From a virus (Duplodnaviria > Caudoviricetes), in the IMG/VR virus record IMGVR_UViG_3300030106_004934, positions 1 to 52,245 of that record: a stretch of 52,245 nucleotides of DNA; one strand, 5' to 3'. This document shows, piece after piece, positions 1-7,151 of the stretch. A program made the translations under genes and the position numbers. The notes beneath the pieces were generated by a model. It saw only the letters and a program-made list of their open reading frames with translations. It ran no database searches and had not been told where the DNA came from. How positions within the stretch are numbered: position 1 is the stretch's first letter; each line of letters opens with the position of its first letter.

Positions 1-89
1 CTTTAAAGTATTCTTCTTGGTACTTGCCATCCAAGATGTAGGTTTGATATTTTTAAGCCAATCCTGAACTGTTGGAATGAATCCTAAAT
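1..89. repeat. Terminal direct repeat / circular assembly overlap, copy 1
   Basis: 1-89 matches 52157-52245 except at positions 8 (g/a) and 13 (c/t); 14-89 is identical. Confidence 0.95.
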
Positions 90-333
90 CCTCTCTTATA
101 TGTTGTTCTGCAATCGAACGTACTGGTATATTTTTACCATCAGAGTTATTGATTACTATTCCAAATTTCATTTCACACTCTTTAATACCTTGAGTATGAT
201 GCCTTAAAGCTCTATGCCTAATATCAGCATAATGATCTTTTGTTTCATCAAACCATGCATGTATTCGGTGATAGTCTCCGACCCTACCACCAAATAATTT
301 TACACTTGATTTACAATGATGAACTGACTTCAT
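1..333 (-). CDS. DUF6915-like protein; spans the circular junction, stop at 52139-52141
   Basis: Not in the ORF track. Manual translation MKSVHHCKSSVKLFGGRVGDYHRIHAWFDETK...RHRALRHH...EQHIREDLGFIPTVQDWL...W resembles DUF6915; ATGA overlap with upstream gene. Confidence 0.75.
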   Translation of the reverse strand, partial: MKSVHHCKSSVKLFGGRVGDYHRIHAWFDETKDHYADIRHRALRHHTQGIKECEMKFGIVINNSDGKNIPVRSIAEQHIREDLGFIPTVQDWLKNIKPTSWMASTKKNTLK

Positions 334-944
334 CTTTCATAAACCTCATCACCATACCAAGTTTTAGGATCTTTACCATCCATAAAGTATGTTTCTTTTA
401 CTTCTACAGCTGCATATCTGTTTTGCTCACCACTTACACGGAATTCTTCTTTCTCTAAATCCCATACAACTTCACCTTGTCCACCTTCATTATTATACCA
501 ATCATAATCTACAAGCTCTACAAGTTCCCAATGTAACTCAGAGTTTAAATTTTGATCAGGGTGATTCTTTCTAAATAAATTATAAGAATTTTCTAGATCT
601 TTCTGATTTCTAGTCATATCTTTCCATTCATCAAAATTTTCTTCTTTATTATGATTCCAAGGTTTAGATTCATATGTATCAGGCCAACAACCTCTATGAT
701 CTTTCTTTTCAAGATTTATTTCTTTTTTCCAACCTTCTGCATGAAAACATTCACCACTATCACCAGCTCCTTCATACCATACCCTTATATATTTATATCC
801 GAGATCTTTTAGATATGCGGCTAAATCTTTTAGCGATTGCGCTTTGCTCATTCTGTACACTTTTCTTTTGTGCATCCAATCTTTTACCCATTCTGGTGAC
901 CCAATTTCTGGTTCTGACGACTTTTCCACTGATTTTTCCATCAT
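330..944 (-). CDS. DUF6878-like protein
   Basis: Motifs YEGAGDSG and WYNNEGGQGEVVWD; AAGGAG SD; adjacent to DUF6915-like gene. Confidence 0.7.
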   Translation of the reverse strand: MMEKSVEKSSEPEIGSPEWVKDWMHKRKVYRMSKAQSLKDLAAYLKDLGYKYIRVWYEGAGDSGECFHAEGWKKEINLEKKDHRGCWPDTYESKPWNHNKEENFDEWKDMTRNQKDLENSYNLFRKNHPDQNLNSELHWELVELVDYDWYNNEGGQGEVVWDLEKEEFRVSGEQNRYAAVEVKETYFMDGKDPKTWYGDEVYER

Positions 945-1034
945 TTTCTCCTTTACTTTGACATTTTTTAGCCATTTTATTTTCTTTTATGCTGTTTTCT
1001 ATCCAAATATCTGCTTTTTCTTCCCAATAATCCA

Positions 1035-1376
1035 TTATTCCTCCAGCTTTGTTCTGAAAACAGCCATTTCTTTACATTTAGAACATAATCCGATAGCATT
1101 TTCTTCATAACTGATTTCACCTAAAGGATGTACTTCACAACAATTGCTATAATATTCATCTTCTTCAGGAAAACCACCTGTCCAATACTCTTCAGTGTCC
1201 ATTTTATGTATTTTGATAATTTCTCCTACACTTTTTATACCCGTAAGTTCTATAGGAATACCATATTTAAGTATTTCTTGCATATCTTTTATTTCTGGTA
1301 GATTATCTTCATGGTATCCTAAGTCATAACCACCATTATCTAGAAAATCTTGAGCATATTCTTTAATTTTACTCAT
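1035..1376 (-). CDS. Hypothetical protein with C-terminal Zn-ribbon-like SNCC...CSKCKE
   Basis: 113-aa ORF overlapping neighbours in a tight operon. Confidence 0.65.
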   Translation of the reverse strand: MSKIKEYAQDFLDNGGYDLGYHEDNLPEIKDMQEILKYGIPIELTGIKSVGEIIKIHKMDTEEYWTGGFPEEDEYYSNCCEVHPLGEISYEENAIGLCSKCKEMAVFRTKLEE

Positions 1377-1626
1377 CTTTTACACCTAATACAGGCAATA
1401 CTTCTTCTTTATTTTCTGTTAGACAAGTTAAAACACCACCATCGTTGCCTTCATCATCTTGCATAGTTATAACTCTTGTTCCATTATCTAATATGAAAGT
1501 AACAGGTCTTTTATACCACATATATTCATTACATTCTTCACTTGACATATACTCTACTTTTATAATTTTTCTTCCTAATAAAACATTTTCTGCTGTTTTA
1601 GTCCATTTTTTAGTTAAGTTTTTCAT
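1369..1626 (-). CDS. Hypothetical protein (DDEGNDGG motif)
   Basis: 85-aa ORF, AGGAG SD. Confidence 0.7.
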   Translation of the reverse strand: MKNLTKKWTKTAENVLLGRKIIKVEYMSSEECNEYMWYKRPVTFILDNGTRVITMQDDEGNDGGVLTCLTENKEEVLPVLGVKDE

Positions 1627-1765
1627 TATTTCTCCTGATTATTTTCCATTTTCCTAAAATGCATACTTGATCATAAAGTTTTAATGCAACACTTTTAAAA
1701 TCTATTTCACCATCTTCCCATAAATCTTCAGTAGGAACTTCTTCCCATTTGTCCATATTTTCCAT
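1610..1765 (-). CDS. Small hypothetical protein (51 aa)
   Basis: Manual translation MENMDKWEEVPTEDLWEDG...; TAATG overlap with upstream stop. Confidence 0.5.
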   Translation of the reverse strand: MENMDKWEEVPTEDLWEDGEIDFKSVALKLYDQVCILGKWKIIRRNNEKLN

Positions 1766-2040
1766 TATTTCTCCATCTTTCTTATCATTTCAAAAGGTAC
1801 ATTCCAACCTATATTCCCTACCATAACAACAGCTCTAGTTCTATTTACTTTTTCTATAATACCTTCTTCGATCTTATTTGAGCCTGTAATTTTTACTTTA
1901 TCGCCTTTAACTAATCCAAAAGCATTTTTTTGAGCTAAATATCTTCTTTGATTTGTAATTATGTCTTTAATAATATTTAAATCATCTATATTATCTACAT
2001 CTGACACCATATTTCGTATTCTTGTTATTAATTTACTCAT
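1765..2040 (-). CDS. Hypothetical protein with KOW/SH3-like C-terminus
   Basis: GDKVKI...GIIEKVNRTRAVV...W pattern; AAGGAG SD. Confidence 0.65.
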   Translation of the reverse strand: MSKLITRIRNMVSDVDNIDDLNIIKDIITNQRRYLAQKNAFGLVKGDKVKITGSNKIEEGIIEKVNRTRAVVMVGNIGWNVPFEMIRKMEK

Positions 2041-2619
2041 TGTTAAGTTCTCCTTGTTATTAAGTCTTTGGGGCGATCCATCTGTTATTTAGAGGTGTTT
2101 TTAGTGATCAGCCATGTCGTCCCCCGACCGTATTGATATAATGTTACGCAACTTCCACCAGGTTACTTTTTGAAAATATCTAGGTCATTATCCCTACCCT
2201 TACTCGGATTCCGAAGAGATCTTTCAGGTTGGACTAAGATTTGGCATACTTTGAAAGTGCACTGCAGTTGCTTTTAAACTTTCCTGTTAGGTATGCCAGC
2301 CAATTCATACAGGGTCTTAAGTATATTATATTAATAACCTGTATATATATAAACTAGTGTGTGGCGTAGTAATAGAAGGATATTTCCACACAAGTAGATT
2401 GTACTATTCATATGCGCAGTCGTTGACCACGTCTTTATTATTACTACTATATCGCCTTAAATACTCTTCCGCTTCAGATTATACGTAACAGCCTTTAGCT
2501 TTATTTCTTTCGCTTGATACATATCCTGTTATATATACTCCATAAGCCACTGACGCTGTGTATAGTCGACCTCAACTGCCGTTCAACCCGTCTGCATATA
2601 TAACTAAAACCACAATGAT

Positions 2620-2775
2620 CTATTGCGGTAATTCTTTTCTTGGTAATCCATATGATGGCAAGTTCTGATATAAATGTACTTTTCTATGTCTATCATACTG
2701 CCATACAATTTTATTATTAGGACAAAAATACAACATATCTATTTCGCCCCATTGTCTATGTTTTCCTTGTGGCAT
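2620..2775 (-). CDS. Small hypothetical protein (51 aa)
   Basis: MPQGKHRQWGEIDMLYFCPNNKIVWQ...; AAGGAG SD upstream of ATG. Confidence 0.6.
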   Translation of the reverse strand: MPQGKHRQWGEIDMLYFCPNNKIVWQYDRHRKVHLYQNLPSYGLPRKELPQ

Positions 2776-2790
2776 AATATCTCCTTACAA

Positions 2791-2877
2791 CTATTCTGTA
2801 ATTAATAAAATTAAACCAACAATTGAAAACATTACAACACTAATACTTAAACAAAGCATTAATATATAAACTATCAT
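2791..2877 (-). CDS. 28-aa single-transmembrane peptide
   Basis: MIVYILMLCLSISVVMFSIVGLILLITE; AAGGAG SD. Confidence 0.5.
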   Translation of the reverse strand: MIVYILMLCLSISVVMFSIVGLILLITE

Positions 2878-2962
2878 ATCATTTCTCCTTTAAATTGCAC
2901 TAGGATGCTATATGCATTGTCTTGTGTGTTTGCTTATCACATAACATCCTAGCTCTGGGTTA

Positions 2963-3112
2963 TCAGCGTAATTTCTTAAATTGCATATCTAAATCATTGA
3001 TAACTTTGTAAAGATCTGAATTCTCTACTTTAATCTCTTTGTCAGCTACTTTCTTCGCTGCTTTTGACCAGTCTATACCCAGTAGTATTACGCTTTTTGA
3101 TAAATTATTCAT
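2963..3112 (-). CDS. Small hypothetical protein (49 aa)
   Basis: MNNLSKSVILLGIDWSK...; GGAG SD; overlaps the upstream stop. Confidence 0.55.
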   Translation of the reverse strand: MNNLSKSVILLGIDWSKAAKKVADKEIKVENSDLYKVINDLDMQFKKLR

Positions 3113-3326
3113 CTATCTCTCCCTTTGTTGTTGCACTAATATATTCTAATGATCTTGTACGCTTAGTTTTAGCTTTTTCACTTAGTCTTTTAATGTGATG
3201 ATATTTTCTTACAAGTCTCATGTTAATATTCACATTTTCTTCTTCTAAAAAGTCCATTAATTCATCAATATATTCTACTATATTTAATGTTGTCCTGCTT
3301 TGTAAAATAGTTTCATCTAAATGCAT
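3105..3326 (-). CDS. Hypothetical protein
   Basis: 73-aa ORF, AAGGAG SD, TAATG coupling. Confidence 0.65.
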   Translation of the reverse strand: MHLDETILQSRTTLNIVEYIDELMDFLEEENVNINMRLVRKYHHIKRLSEKAKTKRTRSLEYISATTKGEIDE

Positions 3327-3535
3327 TATTCGTTCTCCTTTGTTAGATCAATTATATCATCTATATCTTCAATATTGTAATCACCACAATTACTGCAACA
3401 AGAAATAAAGAATGTAGGCTTACTGTCTTCATCTTCATCTATTACTATACAAGTATTACCATTGCTTATAGGCTGTGTTCCATCTGAAAACCACCAATCA
3501 TGTTTCAGTTTTTCTTTTAATGTTATAATTTTCAT
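3326..3535 (-). CDS. Hypothetical protein (CCSNC motif)
   Basis: 69-aa ORF, AAGGAG upstream. Confidence 0.65.
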   Translation of the reverse strand: MKIITLKEKLKHDWWFSDGTQPISNGNTCIVIDEDEDSKPTFFISCCSNCGDYNIEDIDDIIDLTKENE

Positions 3536-3567
3536 TACGCTTTATTCTCCTTAATTATAAAATGTTA

Positions 3568-3702
3568 TATATCCCACGAAACCTACTGATACCGTCACTG
3601 CTCAGGTGAACTGGAGTATACTCGATTCCTACTATTAAAGGTACAAAAGGGACCTAGTTTCAGCTAGACGTCAGCTTTCGATCAATAATAGATTGGGATA
3701 TA
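3568..3702 (-). ncRNA. Candidate structured RNA (multibranch with pseudoknot)
   Basis: Closing stem TATATCCCA/TGGGATATA; CGAAA/TTTCG and GCTGA/TCAGT; hairpins CTAG-CTGAAA-CTAG and TCAC-CTGAGCA-GTGA; crossing 10-bp pairing CTATTATTGA/TTAATAGTAG. Confidence 0.5.
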
Positions 3703-4237
3703 ATAATTAAAACTTGGGCTGATGAAGGATTTGAGATTACCTTCAAAATGATATACTCTTATGGGCTTTTGGCCTCACGACACACACAACAATGACTGTC
3801 ATCACTCTACTCATAATAGTTTTGTCTACTATTACATTGCAGGATCCCACTACAGGAATGTTATATTCTATACATCTCAGAGCTACGAGTTAGATTCATA
3901 GTATAGATTAATGCCGACATAAAATCTCTTGGGTATCATCCCATTCTCTTTTATGTTCTCGTTTACATTTACTCATATCTAAGCAGTTACACTCATATTA
4001 CTATCATTTGATAATAACATTAGACATCTCTTAGATACAATACCTGTGTACTTTTATGCAAAACACTTTCACAGGTTTATCATTTAACATATTAACTACA
4101 ATAACCAATCGTCATTGATTATCTCATTAAATATGTACCAAAGCTTTAAATCTTCTGCTATATAAGTGGCTTGGTTAATTCTTACGTCATAATGACTGCC
4201 AATATCTTTATAAGTTATTCACTTACATAGTCTTTTG

Positions 4238-4310
4238 TTGCGGAAACTGGAGTCGAACCAGATGTCTCTTGGTTATGAGCCAAGCGTTTAAACCGTTTTA
4301 CCCTTCCGCC
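4238..4310 (-). tRNA. tRNA-Met(CAU), initiator-like, atypical D arm
   Basis: GGCGGAA/TTCCGCA acceptor stem, CTTGG-CTCATAA-CCAAG anticodon arm, CTGG-TTCGACT-CCAG T arm; followed by CAA rather than CCA. Confidence 0.8.
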
Positions 4311-4771
4311 ATTAAATCTTTTGATTGCTATCTAATAATGTAATACTTATCATTTACATAGCTAAAGGTTACAGCTAACAATAACCTATCTATTATAACA
4401 CCCGATGTAGGGTTGCCTTTTCTTCTGCTAATCATCACATGTAAATGACTAGAGAATGGGTGAAGCATAACCGATTCTTCAGTTGCTCATCCATAGTTAG
4501 CTATCACTATAGATATTATTATTAACGCCTTGTAATTTAATACTATGCGCTCTATGGTGGCTTTGAGATGCTATCTCTCAGGTTTTTGCATGTATTCCAC
4601 CTATTTAATAGGAACTTGTTAACCTCACCACCATATACTTTAAATCATATGTTTAGTATAAGTTGGTATATATATATTGTGTGCATATGTGTGTATTGGA
4701 GTTAGAATACCCCTAAATACCTTCCCTTTCGTAATATATACCTAATACTACTAAGAATAAATAATAATAGT

Positions 4772-4802
4772 AAAAAGGGGACATAATTAAACATCCCCTT
4801 TC
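4772..4802 (-). terminator. Intrinsic terminator
   Basis: AAAGGGGATG-loop-TGTCCCCTTTTT just after the stop of 4807..5163. Confidence 0.75.
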
Positions 4803-4806
4803 ATAA

Positions 4807-5163
4807 CTATTCGTCGTAAATATCTTCAGTCTTAGTATCCTGAAGCGTCCAACCATTAGATAACAAACTATCCATAGCTTTAGCATCAGCAACTTCAACA
4901 GTTTTCTTACCATTAGAGAGAATATATTTTTCTTCTCTACCAATAAGAACACGGCCTTGTGTACTGCTATCACTAGTAGTAACAGAGTTGAACAAAGTTA
5001 ATGCATTACCTACATCTTCCATAGTATTAGCACTCTTAAGAACTCTGATCATATTACCAGCCATTGCACTACCTAAAGGAGTAGCTATATCTATATTAGT
5101 TTTCCCTTCAGGCAATCTAACAGTTGATGTTCTATCCCATCCAGCTTTTAATCTTACACTCAT
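4807..5163 (-). CDS. Hypothetical protein; first gene of the leftward arm
   Basis: 118-aa ORF, GGAG SD, followed by a terminator. Confidence 0.75.
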   Translation of the reverse strand: MSVRLKAGWDRTSTVRLPEGKTNIDIATPLGSAMAGNMIRVLKSANTMEDVGNALTLFNSVTTSDSSTQGRVLIGREEKYILSNGKKTVEVADAKAMDSLLSNGWTLQDTKTEDIYDE

Positions 5164-5184
5164 TAGTATTTCTCCGTAGTTTCT

Positions 5185-5250
5185 AAAAATAACACAAAAA
5201 ATAAATCAAAAATAACCTAAAAACGATAGTCAAAATCCCCTGATAAGGGG
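5185..5250. promoter_or_regulatory. Phased A-tract repeats plus CCCCT-GATA-AGGGG hairpin at the strand divergence point
   Basis: A-tracts start at 5185, 5196, 5208, 5219 and 5232; hairpin at 5237-5250. Confidence 0.4.
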
Positions 5251-5302
5251 TGGCCAATATATAAAAGACCACACACCAAAATGCTACAATTTTTAAAACC
5301 TC

Positions 5303-5332
5303 TTGTTTATATTAAATATCTTTTGCTATATT
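5303..5332 (+). promoter_or_regulatory. Putative sigma70-type promoter of the rightward (structural) operon
   Basis: TTGTTT-18 bp-TATATT with extended -10 TGn. Confidence 0.4.
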
Positions 5333-5573
5333 TCAACATCGGTAATTACAGTTTTTTTTAATTATCACCCAGAAAGTACACGTGTGAATCGTTCTGCTTT
5401 AAGGGTCAGAAGTTGGGTTGCTCACCATATAGGATAATGAGTTTGTCCCCAATAACCGATAAAAAGGACTTGAATATAAATCTGAGTATGGGAGAGTATA
5501 ACTGGCTTAGAGGAAGTTTCACTGTTAAATTTTTTAAAACAATCTTGATTGTACAGGGGCTAACTATATCAAA

Positions 5574-5759
5574 ATGAAATTAAAAGAGTATAAGCTAATT
5601 ATTATGTTTGATCCAGATACAGGAGAAATTAAACATTTAGAAGAGTCTTGTAGTAGTAATTACAAATTTGCAATCAATGAAGAGATTTTAGAGATATCAG
5701 AAGAAATGGAAGAATATCTTGATAAATATTTAGATTGCGATATTTTAGGTTTTTCTTAA
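5574..5759 (+). CDS. Small acidic hypothetical protein
   Basis: 61-aa ORF; first gene on the + arm. Confidence 0.55.
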   Translation: MKLKEYKLIIMFDPDTGEIKHLEESCSSNYKFAINEEILEISEEMEEYLDKYLDCDILGFS

Positions 5760-5802
5760 TATATAGCCATCCAAACATCCTGGCGGAGTTTGGGGTATTA
5801 GA

Positions 5803-6537
5803 ATGAGACATTATAAAGTAAATAAAATTAATCACACAGTATTTGACACAATAGATGAAGTGCCATCAGATATAAGCTACCATGAGGATTGGAGGGATGG
5901 TCATATAACTGACTGGGTTAAAGCTGACGATGGTTGCGTTATTCAGATCCTTAGACAAGGAACAATGATGAAGCCAAAAGGAAAAGTGCGTCAGGTTAAA
6001 TATATTGGTACTTGTACAGGCACATTTGTTGTGTCAAAGAATTCAAAGATGGATACTTCTAAAAGAGTTAATATATATTCTTTTGGAGGTAACATAGACA
6101 GAGATCAAAGGTTAGAAGATCGGAAGGGTCTGTCTAGCCGTGAAGAGATTTTTGTCCAGTATATTGCATCTGGAATGGATGCTCGTATGGCGTATCTAAA
6201 GGCATTTCCGACAAATGACCCGCACTATGCAGGAATACGTGCTGGACAACTTACTAAAACAACAAGGATAAGGACTGCAATGAAAGAAGAGTTAAAGCCA
6301 GTATTAGAAGAATTGGGCATAAATGAAACAAGTATATTGAGGAATATATATACTATTGCTATGGCTTCTGAAAAGGATGAGACTAAGCTAAAGGCATTAT
6401 TTAAGTTAGCTGATATAATGGATCTTGAAGATAAAAGCAAAACTTCAGTTACTCAAATATCAGGTGCAGTATTTCAAGGGTTTGATGAAAAAGTAATTGC
6501 AGGAGCTAAAAGACCTAAAGAAATTAGCTCAGAATAA
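5803..6537 (+). CDS. Terminase small subunit (putative)
   Basis: HTH-like LSSREEIFVQYIASGMDARMAYLKAF, then KLKALFKLA helix; upstream of TerL. Confidence 0.6.
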   Translation: MRHYKVNKINHTVFDTIDEVPSDISYHEDWRDGHITDWVKADDGCVIQILRQGTMMKPKGKVRQVKYIGTCTGTFVVSKNSKMDTSKRVNIYSFGGNIDRDQRLEDRKGLSSREEIFVQYIASGMDARMAYLKAFPTNDPHYAGIRAGQLTKTTRIRTAMKEELKPVLEELGINETSILRNIYTIAMASEKDETKLKALFKLADIMDLEDKSKTSVTQISGAVFQGFDEKVIAGAKRPKEISSE

Positions 6538-6546
6538 AAGGGGACT

Positions 6547-6867
6547 ATGAATAACGATAATATAACATTACAACAATGGTTTGCAGAAGTAGCAGCAGCC
6601 TTAGGCTTGCATAAAGATATTAACCATCCTTCAAACAGAGATTATGATTATATAAATGCTTACTATAAAGGAGTATCTATTCCTAAACCAGGAGAAGAGC
6701 TTCCTTCTGAATTTAAAGGAGATTTAAACAGCACTAGATATATTAATCTTGACGGAGAAGGAGATTACTATGATACTAAAACAAATCAAGTTGTAGGTGT
6801 GCAAGATAAAATGATTCAAGATGTAAGAAGACAAGAAAGGCGAGAGAATTTTTTAGATCAAGAATGA
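6547..6867 (+). CDS. Hypothetical protein
   Basis: 106-aa ORF with SD; DYDY...P.EFK motif. Confidence 0.65.
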   Translation: MNNDNITLQQWFAEVAAALGLHKDINHPSNRDYDYINAYYKGVSIPKPGEELPSEFKGDLNSTRYINLDGEGDYYDTKTNQVVGVQDKMIQDVRRQERRENFLDQE

Positions 6868-7151
6868 AAAGTTTTCAATGTTCTAAATGTACAGCCTGTT
6901 GCTATTTACAAGCTGAAATGGGGATTGTTCCAATGGGAAAAAATGGAGCATGTATTTATTTAACAGAAGAAGGTGAGTGCGGAGTATATGAAGATAGACC
7001 ACTGGAATGTAACGTTGGGAGGATGGCTAAAGCCACTAATACTCCTGAAAAAGAATATTATTCAGCAGTTGCGAAATCTTGCAATAAACTTATGGATATA
7101 TATGAGGTAGATAAGGAATATAGATTAGATCCTAAAATATACGATGAGTAA
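6864..7151 (+). CDS. YkgJ-family CxxCxxCC cysteine-cluster protein
   Basis: CSKCTACC...CIYL...CGVYEDRPLEC. Confidence 0.85.
   Translation: MKSFQCSKCTACCYLQAEMGIVPMGKNGACIYLTEEGECGVYEDRPLECNVGRMAKATNTPEKEYYSAVAKSCNKLMDIYEVDKEYRLDPKIYDE

Noticed and set aside
793-1035. 80-aa minus ORF called at full length
   Set aside because: It may be a real coupled gene (TAATG start, SD), but 150 bp overlap with 330..944 makes it too uncertain to list
240-1657. + strand ORFs (240..458, 389..574, 674..961, 844..1110, 1445..1657)
   Set aside because: Antisense shadows of SD-led minus-strand genes
4238-4310. tRNA as attP / prophage boundary
   Set aside because: No integrase, repressor, duplicated tRNA 3' end or host genes
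2041-4700. CRISPR or mini-array in the long non-coding region
   Set aside because: No repeated direct-repeat sequence; the hairpins are all different; no cas genes
4713-4973. 86-aa alternate-frame minus ORF
   Set aside because: Overlaps 4807..5163 and runs through its terminator; no RBS
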